Shown here one piece after another: positions 9,155 to 17,791 of a stretch of DNA of 64,000 nt. The notes below the pieces were generated by a model. That model worked only from the letters and a program-made list of their open reading frames with translations. It did not search any database and was not told the origin of the DNA. Position 1 is the first letter of the stretch. Each line of letters begins with the position of its first letter. Position numbers and translations under genes: made by a program. The DNA comes from Thermodesulfobacteriota bacterium (lineage in GTDB: Bacteria; Desulfobacterota; Binatia; Bin18): NCBI GenBank assembly GCA_964291405.2, contig OZ219926.1, positions 2,240,001-2,304,000 of the forward strand. The letters run 5' to 3'.

Positions 9155-9772
9155 CTAGGTGTCGCCACCCCCGATAGCGATGGTTTGCGATACGTCCGGC
9201 AGCTCGCGCACCTCGTCCGTCACCCAACGCTGATAGGCTCCGTGGGTCGCCCCATAGGCCGCAACCGGTCGCTCGATCGGAGCCGTCTCCAGGCTGTCCT
9301 CATAATCAGCACTGGTGTCGTCCAGACTGCGCTGTGCTCCTTCGATACTGGACAGTGCCATGCGGGTGGACGGCAGGGTTTGGTGGAACGAGAGCGGCAC
9401 TACGGAGCATCCGGCGCAGAGCGCGGCGACAGCCAGCAACGTAGGGATGATGCAAAAAGGAACCCACCCCGCCGCTGGCGCGGCACAAAGAGGGGAGCTT
9501 TTCCTACCCCCTCCTCGGAGGGGTGGCCCGCAGGGCCGGGGTGGGTTCCTCTCCTGGCAAGCACCTGGGAGAGCGGCCATCCTGGCCGCTTGCGGGCTGG
9601 AAGCCCGCACTCCTGGAGCCCCACCCCGCCGAGGACCCACAAAACAATATGCATCACTCCTCCGAGGAGGAGAGTTTTTCCTATCCCCTCTTGGGAGGGG
9701 TGCCGCGTCAGCGGCGGGGTGGGTTCCTCCCCTGCTAAGCGGCAACAGCGAATCAGACCAGGGCCTGTTCAT
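9155..9772 (-). CDS. Putative Tad lipoprotein (CpaD-like C-terminus) with REP-derived N-terminal insertion
   Basis: AAGGAG SD before ATG 9772, lipobox LCAGC, C-terminal AYQRWVTDEVRELP; lies between the secretin gene and cpaE. Confidence 0.65.
   Translation of the reverse strand: MNRPWSDSLLPLSRGGTHPAADAAPLPRGDRKNSPPRRSDAYCFVGPRRGGAPGVRASSPQAARMAALPGACQERNPPRPCGPPLRGGGRKSSPLCAAPAAGWVPFCIIPTLLAVAALCAGCSVVPLSFHQTLPSTRMALSSIEGAQRSLDDTSADYEDSLETAPIERPVAAYGATHGAYQRWVTDEVRELPDVSQTIAIGGGDT
9459..9728. repeat. 270-bp REP array inside the lipoprotein CDS
   Basis: Bounded by ~28-bp inverted repeats GGAACCCACCCCGCCGCTGGCGCGGCAC / GTGCCGCGTCAGCGGCGGGGTGGGTTCC; several internal palindromes. Confidence 0.85.
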
Positions 9773-9788
9773 GGGCGTTCTCCTTGCC

Positions 9789-12335
9789 TCAGTAATGATA
9801 GCCGCGTAAGCGCCGACCGGGCAGTTGGCGGTCCCGGTCGGTCGTGCGGGGCATGGTCGTAGCGGTGGTCAGTCGCGCCGTGACAACGACAATCAGCTCG
9901 GTGGCGTTCGAGCGGACCGACTGCGAGCCGAACAGCATGCCCAGCAGCGGAATATCCTTGACGACCGGCAGGCCGGATTCGACCGCTTCGCTCTGGTCGC
10001 GGTACAACCCGGCAATCACGATGGACTCGCCATCACCGACCTCAACCGTGGTCTCGGCCCGGCGCACATTGATGACCGGGATATCGATCCCGGTGACTGT
10101 GAGCGAGTCGGTATCCGAACGCTGCGATACTTCCGGACGCACGGTCAGCATAATGCGTCCGCTGTCAATAATCGTCGGCACAAAGTCCAGTAGCACGCCG
10201 TATTTCTTGTATTCGAAAATAATCGCGCCGTCCTCAAAGCCCGAGGGCAGGGGGTATTCCCCGCCGGAAAAAAAGCTGGCCGTCTCGCCCGAGACCGCGG
10301 TCACGTTGGGCCGCGCCAGCACTGTTGCCAGACCGGCGGTGGCCAGCGCGTCTATCAGCCCCCGCACTGTTGTTCTGCCAGGGTCGAAACCAGTACTACC
10401 AAACAGCGCCGCGGCTTGTCCTTCGATCAACTCCCGCGATAGGTATCCGGTCGCCTCGCTGAAGAAGAATCGGCCGACCCGCATCCCGAGGTCGCGCCCG
10501 GCGCCGATATCCGGCAGCACTTCCCAATTGAACCCCAGGGTTTCGCTGACGCTACGCTGCACTTCGGCGATCTGCACTTCGAGGTTGACCTGCTGTTTAC
10601 CCGTCACGCTGATACGGTTTTCGACCGGCGTCTCTTCCGGGAGGGCGGTGGTCGTTAGTCGCAGGGCCAGGTCGGCTGCGGCAATGGACGCCACCCTGCC
10701 GCTGAGTTCGATTCCTCGGTTGAGTTGGCGGACGACCACGTTTTTAAGTGCGGGTACGCCCTCAATCGCGGCTCGGGCCGGCTGGATATCAAGGACCGTG
10801 GCTATGGTCCATTCGCCGACCAGTTCGCTATCGGCATCGAGCGCGGCCACCGACGTCCGGCCCACGGCCTTGGCGACCACGAACAGCACGCCGGACGAAA
10901 CCAACTGCACATCCGCAATTTCCGGGTTAGCCACAAAGACGGAAGCGACCGGCGTTTCAAGTCGAAAAAGTCGACTCTGAGAGAGGGGAATCTGCACCGA
11001 GGCGGGCAGGGTGGGGAATTGGGGGTTGGGGGTTGGGGGTTGGGGGGTTGGCTCGGTCGTAACCGGAGGTGTCTCTGTGGCGGCGGGTGTGGCGGTTTCG
11101 GTTGGGGGAGTGTCTTCGGTGGCGGCTGCCGTTTCTTCGGAAGACGCGCCTTCCCCCTCTCCCTCTGGGAGAGGGTCGGGGTGAGGGCTTGTAGCGGTTT
11201 CTGTCTGGGGTGTCTCTTCTGAGACGGTTTCTGGAGTCAGTTCAGCCGGAGGCGTAGCCTCTTCTGCTCCCCTCTCGGGCGTTGCGGTTTCTTCTACCGG
11301 AGGCGTCACTTCGGCGGTCGGAACCGATTCAGGTGTCAAGCCGGATTCTGCCGGCGACGCGTCCGCGTCTGCTTTCACCGGCGGGAGAGCCTCTTCCTCT
11401 CCCCTCTCGGGAGGGGTGGCTCCTGAGCTGGTCGAAGGGGCCGGGGTGGGTTCCTCCCCCGCCGGCTCAGTCTCCATTCCCAATGCGGGAACCGCCGCTT
11501 GGTCGGCGCTCTGCTCCGTTGTCTGTTCCCCGTTCGGATCAGGTAGCAGTGATTGGGCGTCCGTGGACCCACCCCGCTGCTGACGCGGCACCCCTCCAAG
11601 GAGGGGAGGTTCTTCTGATCCCCTCTCGGGAGGGGTGGTCCTGAGTTGGTCGAAGGGCCGGGGCGGGTTTTCCCCACTCTCGGGCGTTGCATCGGCCTCG
11701 ACTGCGAAAGGGAGACTGGGAGGAAGTTCCGCAGGTAGCGCTTCGGGTGCAGCCTCTGCTAATGGGGGGGGGGAGTCCCCGGAGATGGTGGGGGAGGGAT
11801 GGGTATCTCCGGGGACGGCCGCAGGAGACGGCTCCATTGAGGGGGGGTCCGGAGCCTGGGCAAGCATCGCGCCCGCCTCTCCATCGGCAAGCAGGTCAAC
11901 CACGACCTTGACGCCACCTTCCTCGCTATTGAGGAGGAAGGTGCGCAGCCGGTACTCGTTGGTGAGCGAGGCGACCACGCTCTGGCCGTCGGGGCCGAGG
12001 TCTACATCGGTGATATACGCGCCAAGATGGCGTGGAATCTGCCGGAATGTGGTGTGCAGGCGGCGGTCGAACATGACTGTCAGGGTTCTTCCCTCTATGC
12101 GTGCGCCGTAGGCCACGGCCCACGGCCAATCGAACACCATGCGGCCAAAATCGTCATGCGCCCAGGCACGCGTCACAATGGGCACGACTTCCGGCCCGCT
12201 GCCGTTGAGAACCGGCACCGCCGGGCTTGCTCCGGGGTCCGGCTCCTGGCCGTAGCCTGGGCTGCTGCCGGCAATGCATATACCGGCAACGAGCAGCCCC
12301 AGCACGAGCCTACATGCTGACTGTATCCTCTCCAA
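9789..12335 (-). CDS. cpaC: Tad secretin RcpA/CpaC with extra N-terminal domain and long acidic/Pro-rich linker
   Basis: VFVANPEIADV pilus-formation N domain; QVNLEVQIAEV, LARPNVTAVSGETASFFSGGEYP and LPVVKDIPLLGMLFGS secretin motifs. Confidence 0.92.
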   Translation of the reverse strand: MERIQSACRLVLGLLVAGICIAGSSPGYGQEPDPGASPAVPVLNGSGPEVVPIVTRAWAHDDFGRMVFDWPWAVAYGARIEGRTLTVMFDRRLHTTFRQIPRHLGAYITDVDLGPDGQSVVASLTNEYRLRTFLLNSEEGGVKVVVDLLADGEAGAMLAQAPDPPSMEPSPAAVPGDTHPSPTISGDSPPPLAEAAPEALPAELPPSLPFAVEADATPESGENPPRPFDQLRTTPPERGSEEPPLLGGVPRQQRGGSTDAQSLLPDPNGEQTTEQSADQAAVPALGMETEPAGEEPTPAPSTSSGATPPERGEEEALPPVKADADASPAESGLTPESVPTAEVTPPVEETATPERGAEEATPPAELTPETVSEETPQTETATSPHPDPLPEGEGEGASSEETAAATEDTPPTETATPAATETPPVTTEPTPQPPTPNPQFPTLPASVQIPLSQSRLFRLETPVASVFVANPEIADVQLVSSGVLFVVAKAVGRTSVAALDADSELVGEWTIATVLDIQPARAAIEGVPALKNVVVRQLNRGIELSGRVASIAAADLALRLTTTALPEETPVENRISVTGKQQVNLEVQIAEVQRSVSETLGFNWEVLPDIGAGRDLGMRVGRFFFSEATGYLSRELIEGQAAALFGSTGFDPGRTTVRGLIDALATAGLATVLARPNVTAVSGETASFFSGGEYPLPSGFEDGAIIFEYKKYGVLLDFVPTIIDSGRIMLTVRPEVSQRSDTDSLTVTGIDIPVINVRRAETTVEVGDGESIVIAGLYRDQSEAVESGLPVVKDIPLLGMLFGSQSVRSNATELIVVVTARLTTATTMPRTTDRDRQLPGRRLRGYHY
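11013..11672. repeat. Several REP-like and heptamer repeats within the secretin linker
   Basis: (GGGGGTT)n 11013-11050; CCCTCTCCCTCTGGGAGAGGGTCGGGGTGAGGG ~11155-11187; CCCCTCTCGGGAGGGGTG..CCTGAG.TGGTCGAAGGG units at ~11401-11452 and ~11620-11669; inverted unit ~11565-11606. Confidence 0.8.
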
Positions 12336-12478
12336 AACGCCGCAATACTATACGTGCGGAGCATACTGAGGCAATGACGACAGAACCGCCCCACCGCCCG
12401 CAAGCGGGTGGCAGGGAGATTCAATCCCTTGACAGCGTTCCGGGGGCGGCATCTCGTTCATCCTTGCTCACCCCCCGT

Positions 12479-12604
12479 TCAGTAGCCACTTAGTAGCCAC
12501 TTAATAGCGATGATGGCCTCCCTGATATCACTCCTGAAGTTCTCGTAGGTGGCGACAATAACCACGGCGGCGATAACCATCAAAATGGTGTATTCCAGAA
12601 CCGA
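12479..12604 (-). pseudogene. Truncated second Flp pilin gene
   Basis: Minus frame reads SVLEYTILMVIAAVVIVATYENFRSDIREAII..; in-frame TGA directly upstream, no leader; 11-bp duplication AAGTGGCTACT at the 3' end. Confidence 0.7.
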
Positions 12605-12619
12605 TCAAGGAGTTAACTT

Positions 12620-12838
12620 TTATTTATTATCAGCATCGGGGGTGGAAACTTTAGTGCCCGTTATGGCGGTTCCGATTTTACCCATCCCAGTTGAAATGCT
12701 AGTACCAAAGTTCGTGATTGCTGTCGCAATGGCCACGGCAATAATACCCACCAGAATGGCATATTCCATGGCGGAGACGGCGCGATTGTTGCGCAGGTAG
12801 TGAGCGAACTTTTTGGTGTAACGTGCGATTGTGGTCAT
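12620..12838 (-). CDS. flp: Flp family type IVb/c pilin
   Basis: MTTIARYTKKFAHYLRNNRA|VSAMEYAILVGIIAVAI with the Flp EY motif; purine-rich SD before ATG 12838. Confidence 0.9.
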   Translation of the reverse strand: MTTIARYTKKFAHYLRNNRAVSAMEYAILVGIIAVAIATAITNFGTSISTGMGKIGTAITGTKVSTPDADNK

Positions 12839-12974
12839 ATCTTCTTCCTTTCTTCGGTTAGGGGTTCTTGTCAATAGAAACATTTTCGAGCCACATCTGT
12901 TTTTCAACTGTAAAACTTTGCCCTCCTCCTTCCTTTTCCTCCGCATAAAATAAAACACTGCATAATCGATTCGC

Positions 12975-14789
12975 TTAGCGCATGAGCCGCAACGGCCGCA
13001 GCCGCTGGCCAATCGTCTCAAAAGCGCCTTCCAACTCCTCTTGCGTTGTGCCGGTAAAGGAGTTCGTGGCGTCCTCGTCGGCGTCTTCGCCGACCGGGCT
13101 GGCACATTTTTCCAACTCGTCTTTCAAACCTCTGCTCGGGTCGCCGGCAAAAACGGTGATGATCTCAATGCCGGCGTCCTTTGCTGCGGTACAGGCCTGG
13201 AGGCGACGGTCCGGTACAGTCACCTCACCGGGCTTCGCCCACGTCAGGTGGTTGTCGGCACCGTCGGTCAGCAGCACTAGCACTTTGCGCACATTCGAGA
13301 CCGCATCCACAGGGTGGACTGCATCGCCCCAGATGGTGCGCCACGCCGGCGCCAGCAACCGGTGACCCCAGATAACGCCGAGCGTCGAATAGGTGGCGTT
13401 GCCGTCGGCGCTCAAGACGTTAATTTTTCTCTTGATTGTATCGGCATCGGCCGTGAGCGGCACGATGGTGGGAAGGCCACAGTTGAACTGGGGCTCCTTC
13501 CGCACGGCCCACTTAGGGTGTTCGGTGGTCCCGTCAAAGCACAGGTCCTTAAAATTACCCCCCCAACCGGCGCGGTCAGGGGTGGGGTCCTTCTGGGCAC
13601 ACTGGAAAGATACGGCATCATTCCAGATGAACGGTGGGATTGGTGAATAAAATCCCATAGTGAACGGCTCAACCGTTGGCAGGACGGCAGAGAGGCCGGG
13701 TGGGTTATCACCGGACATTCGGCGCTGGTCAACACAGCCCTGCCAGGCTTCGGGCTTGCTCGGCAGGTCGTACCACTTACCCCCAGCAGTTGTGACATGG
13801 GGGTCCGGGTACCAGCCTTCCGGCAGGGCCATATTTTTCCAACTTCCCAAGTGGGGATTCGGATAGTAGCGCCGGTTCGGATACTGGGCCCAGCCGCGAT
13901 CTTCCCATCGTATGCGCGTCGCCGAGTCAAACTGCACGCGGTAGTGCCAGGGTACAAGGCCGACAACCACGGTACGGCTGGCATCAGCAGTGATGGTGTC
14001 AATAAGTTCCTGAGCTGCCTCTTTGACAATAGCGAGACGGCTACGACGATTTGAATCATGTGGTCTATTGCCATTGAGGTCAGAGCGCATCGAGCCGGTG
14101 ACATCGATGGCCAGGACCAATTCGGTCACAGGTGGCGTGTCGGGGGTGGTCTGCTCGTCAGTCGTTCCGTCTGCGAGCTCAGGGTCGGACAGGCTGTCCA
14201 CCCGCGTAGCTGATACCACATCGCCGTACATCCAGCTCCCGAAAATGATACCGCCCAGGTCGGCTTGGGCGACGATATTCACCTGGCCGGGGCTGGGGTA
14301 TGTCAGTGTAATCGCCAGCGTTTCTGCGGCGCGCTCGCGCCGGCCCTCCGGGATATTGGCCAGAATATAGCGCCGGGCTATGGGCATGAGCGCGGTGGTT
14401 ACGGCCTCCGTGGACAAACTGGTATCGAGCGTCCGCAGGGAGCGGGTCGCGGCCAGGGTGGCCGCGTCGGTCGCGGCCTTGAGGATGTCACGCTGGTAGA
14501 CGAGGTGGGTATGGTCGGAGGTAAAGGCAAAGCCGGCAACGCTCATGATGGTCATTACGGCCGCGGTCAGCGCGGTGGCGGCGGCACGACGGCAGCGGAT
14601 AAAGGGGACAACCCACCCCGGCCCGGTAGCTCCCCCTTCTTCCTGGGAGAGCGGCCATCTTGGCCGCTTGCGGGCTGGAAGCCCGCACTCCTGGCCCCCT
14701 GTCGCAGACCGGCACGGCGCAGGGGAGCGGGGGGCCGCGTCAGCGGCGGGGTGGGTTCCGGTTTGCATGATCCGCGCACTCTCCATCAA
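12975..14789 (-). CDS. tadG: TadG-like pilus protein with vWA domain
   Basis: Pilin-like TM, LKAATDAATLA Tad motif, vWA DVTGSM and VLVLLTDG, WQGCVDQR. Confidence 0.88.
   Translation of the reverse strand: MMESARIMQTGTHPAADAAPRSPAPCRSATGGQECGLPARKRPRWPLSQEEGGATGPGWVVPFIRCRRAAATALTAAVMTIMSVAGFAFTSDHTHLVYQRDILKAATDAATLAATRSLRTLDTSLSTEAVTTALMPIARRYILANIPEGRRERAAETLAITLTYPSPGQVNIVAQADLGGIIFGSWMYGDVVSATRVDSLSDPELADGTTDEQTTPDTPPVTELVLAIDVTGSMRSDLNGNRPHDSNRRSRLAIVKEAAQELIDTITADASRTVVVGLVPWHYRVQFDSATRIRWEDRGWAQYPNRRYYPNPHLGSWKNMALPEGWYPDPHVTTAGGKWYDLPSKPEAWQGCVDQRRMSGDNPPGLSAVLPTVEPFTMGFYSPIPPFIWNDAVSFQCAQKDPTPDRAGWGGNFKDLCFDGTTEHPKWAVRKEPQFNCGLPTIVPLTADADTIKRKINVLSADGNATYSTLGVIWGHRLLAPAWRTIWGDAVHPVDAVSNVRKVLVLLTDGADNHLTWAKPGEVTVPDRRLQACTAAKDAGIEIITVFAGDPSRGLKDELEKCASPVGEDADEDATNSFTGTTQEELEGAFETIGQRLRPLRLMR
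14610..14759. repeat. 150-bp REP array inside the tadG leader
   Basis: Bounded by AACCCACCCC / GGGGTGGGTT; contains the core repeat also seen at 5239-5292 and 9564-9616. Confidence 0.85.
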
Positions 14790-15367
14790 CTGGTCGCGCC
14801 CAAATTAGTTGCCAAGTTATCGGCACGTGCAGGCACGATGTAATGAGCCTGCACTGCTCCGGGCATGGCGGTGTTCGCTCGCTCGACGCACACCTCTGCG
14901 ACAATGGCGAGTTCTCTGAGCGACATGGTAAATACATCCGGCAGGGTGGCCGGATTGTTCAGCGTGTCGATATTGACTTCTCCCTCTCCGCTGCACGAGG
15001 TCAACGTGGGCGGTTGACCGTCTTCCGGGCCGAGTTCGACCGTTTCGGTCCAGAGCACGGTGGGCGGGGCTGTGGGGTTGTCGGGGCTCTTGTACACTGC
15101 GGAAACCACAAAGACGACATTCGATGTGGGAAACTGCTCCTGGTGCAGAAATCCGGCTAGCGTCTGTACAAAGCCCGCTTCGAGTTGCTCGTCCCGGCTC
15201 ACGGTGTCCGCCAGAGTGACGGCGGCGTGCAGGGTGGTCGTCTGAGCGCTGGCCAGCCGGTACAGGTCCAGGGCAAGTACTGAGGCGGCGATCATCGCTA
15301 CAGTGCCGAGCGCAGCTTCAATAGAGGCGACACCGCGCCGGTCGCGCAGATAGCGTTTCAGGTGCAT
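14786..15367 (-). CDS. TadE/TadF-like pseudopilin
   Basis: YLRDRRG|VASIEAAL prepilin motif plus TM; IVAEVC C-terminal motif. Confidence 0.8.
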   Translation of the reverse strand: MHLKRYLRDRRGVASIEAALGTVAMIAASVLALDLYRLASAQTTTLHAAVTLADTVSRDEQLEAGFVQTLAGFLHQEQFPTSNVVFVVSAVYKSPDNPTAPPTVLWTETVELGPEDGQPPTLTSCSGEGEVNIDTLNNPATLPDVFTMSLRELAIVAEVCVERANTAMPGAVQAHYIVPARADNLATNLGATS

Positions 15368-15378
15368 GGCAATACCTG

Positions 15379-15948
15379 TTACGTCGTTATGCGTTCCTCG
15401 TTGCGCATAATGGCTATGGCCCGAAGCCCATCATCACCGAACAATGTCTGCTGGAGCTGACCCAGCGTGGAGCGGGGCTGCAAACGCAGCCGCACGACCA
15501 CCATGTCGCCGCCGCCGCCGCCCAAGGCGGCATCGTCCTCCTGCGACAGTTGACCGTTCGGATTGTCGTCGGTCTTCGCCATATCACCCGGAGAGTTGTA
15601 CACCTGCACCGTGGCCGACAGGCAGTATTCCGCCGCTTGCTGACCTTCCTGAGGTTGTGGGCAGGTGGCGTTCATGGTCAGGTCATAGTCCAGCCAGTCG
15701 CCGACCTCGGTAGTGATGGCCTGTCGGATGCGATCCTCCAGGTTCGCAGCATCTGTGGCCGTGGCCACGGCCAGGGCGTTGGTGCGTGCTACCCGATGAG
15801 CCGCGCGCTGAAGCAGGTCGCCGGCAAAAAGGGTCTGGACGATCTCGAATATCCCGGCCAGACAAAGCATGAGCGGGATGGTGGCAAGGGCGCTCTCCAG
15901 GGCGACGACCCCGCGACGGCAGGCCAGAAGTCGTTTGACGGTACGCAT
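15379..15948 (-). CDS. tadE: TadE-like pseudopilin
   Basis: LLACRRG|VVALESAL; GIFEI...LQRAAHRVAR; LGGGGGDMVVV; C-terminal MRNE. Confidence 0.82.
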   Translation of the reverse strand: MRTVKRLLACRRGVVALESALATIPLMLCLAGIFEIVQTLFAGDLLQRAAHRVARTNALAVATATDAANLEDRIRQAITTEVGDWLDYDLTMNATCPQPQEGQQAAEYCLSATVQVYNSPGDMAKTDDNPNGQLSQEDDAALGGGGGDMVVVRLRLQPRSTLGQLQQTLFGDDGLRAIAIMRNEERITT

Positions 15949-15993
15949 GCGACGCGTTTCCTTTCCCGATGCCTTTCTCTCGCCTGACGGGCC

Positions 15994-17760
15994 TTACTGT
16001 GTCCGGGCACTGGTGGGCAGGGTGACCCGGACCGCCGTGCCCTGGTTGGGCATGGAGTTGATCAGGATGGTGCCGCCGTATTTCTCCACCAGATGCTGGG
16101 TGATGGTGAGTCCCATCCCCAGTGCGCCCTCTCGGGTAGTGTAGAACGGGCTGAAGACTTTCTTGCGGCGCTCGGGCTGGATACCGATTCCGTTGTCCGT
16201 GATGGTGACAACGGTGCTGTCGCTGTTCTGCTTGGTCTCCACCCGAATGATGCCTTTCTTCTGGCCGCGCTCCTGAATGGCTAACGCTGCATTCTCCATA
16301 ATGTTGGTGAACATCAGATAGACGTCAGGTTCCGTCGCCAGCACGGTCTGAGTCGGGTTCAACTCTTTGAGGATCAACGACCGGCTCTTGGCCTGGATGC
16401 GGTCGGCAACTTCATCGATGTAATCGTTGAGTTCGAGCTGGGCGTAGCCCTCGTCGCGTTTGGGTGCCAGCGCGGGCAGGCGTTTCGCCAACTCCACGAT
16501 ATCGTTGGTCTGGGCGTGGATACTCGCTACGACCGCCGCCATGGCCTCTCGGTCCGCGTTCATGGTGTCCCCGGCGGCAAACTCTGTCTCGTTGTCAACC
16601 GGCAAACTCGGCAGGTCGGTCGTCTCAGTCCCGTTGTCGGCTGGCTGGTCCGGCAGGTCTGTCAGCACCTCGGTGCTGCTGTTGATACGCTCGGCCAGAC
16701 TCACCAACTGCTCGGCGGCGATATCCACCCCGACCTGGTAGGCCGTGAACTCTGCGGCAGCGGTCGAGTCGCTCTCTTCGGTATTGAGCCGCTCGGCTTT
16801 CATAAGGTCGGCGGTCAGCCGTTCAAGGCCCGTGTCCGGTCTGGGGCCGGCCTGTTCTCTCAACAGCAGCGGGTTTTGCTGCGGGGGCACCGCGCCCCCT
16901 CTACTACGCGTCCTGTCTCTGCCTCTGGGCATTCTGAAGGCGATGGTCAGCCACATCACCCAGAGCACCACGCCCGTACCGATGATGCCGCGCTCGTACC
17001 AGGCGGCCAGGGCCTCGGTCCGGTCGATCTCAGACTCCAGGCCCTTGATGATGGTTTCTCCCAGGTCGCTGATCTGATCGGAGGTCGCCGCCTGGAATAT
17101 CTCCTCGGTCGGTGCCTGCTTTTCGAGCAGGACTTGACCGTGCGCCACAAAGTTCATGGCCGTGTTGACCAGCGCCGGGTGGCGGGTCGCGATGTTGTTG
17201 CCCAGTTCGGCCAGCACCCGTGTCAGGCGCTCCTTTTCCGGGGGAGCCGGACTCGCCAGATAGGTGGTGATCTCTTCGGTGATGGTCGCCACATTTTTGA
17301 TGAAGGCCGAATTGCCGCCGCGGGTCTGCATTTGCTGCATCACGTTGGTGGCAGCCAGGGGCAGGTAGCGCACGGAATTACGCAGCACGGCGTAGCCTGT
17401 CTTGAAGCGCTCAATGCGCTCTTCCTTGGCGGTAATGGCGCTCAGGTAAGCGTTGGTGGTGTTGGCCAGCCGGTCCGGCAGGCTGGTGGTATTCTGGATG
17501 GCATCCGCCAGGGTCTCTTTGAGGCGGTCCATCCGGGGGATGAATTGGGTCAGGGAGTCGAAGTCGGCAAAGGGGTCGGAGCGGACCCGGGCCACTTCGA
17601 CACTCCACTGGGATTCGAGTTGCTGAATCCGCCGTACGGTGGAAATGGCCAAGTGATGCTCGCCGGCTTTGGTCTGCGCGGCCATCCAGTATAATCCGGC
17701 GGCGGTGGCGACGAGGGCGATTGACAGGAAGATGCCGATGGTAATGGATTTGGATCTCAT
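15994..17760 (-). CDS. Membrane sensor with DAHL-like periplasmic domain and HATPase_c domain (no recognisable H-box)
   Basis: Two TMs; ADFDSL...KEERIERFKTGYAVLRNSVRYLP (DAHL-like); N box NIMENA, G1 DNGIGI, F box FSPFYTT, G2 GMGL. Confidence 0.8.
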   Translation of the reverse strand: MRSKSITIGIFLSIALVATAAGLYWMAAQTKAGEHHLAISTVRRIQQLESQWSVEVARVRSDPFADFDSLTQFIPRMDRLKETLADAIQNTTSLPDRLANTTNAYLSAITAKEERIERFKTGYAVLRNSVRYLPLAATNVMQQMQTRGGNSAFIKNVATITEEITTYLASPAPPEKERLTRVLAELGNNIATRHPALVNTAMNFVAHGQVLLEKQAPTEEIFQAATSDQISDLGETIIKGLESEIDRTEALAAWYERGIIGTGVVLWVMWLTIAFRMPRGRDRTRSRGGAVPPQQNPLLLREQAGPRPDTGLERLTADLMKAERLNTEESDSTAAAEFTAYQVGVDIAAEQLVSLAERINSSTEVLTDLPDQPADNGTETTDLPSLPVDNETEFAAGDTMNADREAMAAVVASIHAQTNDIVELAKRLPALAPKRDEGYAQLELNDYIDEVADRIQAKSRSLILKELNPTQTVLATEPDVYLMFTNIMENAALAIQERGQKKGIIRVETKQNSDSTVVTITDNGIGIQPERRKKVFSPFYTTREGALGMGLTITQHLVEKYGGTILINSMPNQGTAVRVTLPTSARTQ

Positions 17761-17791
17761 GGTGATGATTCCTCAGTGACTTCAGTGTGGA

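Noticed and set aside
9459-11672. Clustered palindromic repeats as a CRISPR array
   Set aside because: Units vary in type, orientation and spacing; no constant repeat with unique spacers, and no cas genes.
12839-13105. N-terminal extension of flp in the ORF track
   Set aside because: Overlaps the tadG end and intergenic DNA; SD and pilin size support ATG 12838.
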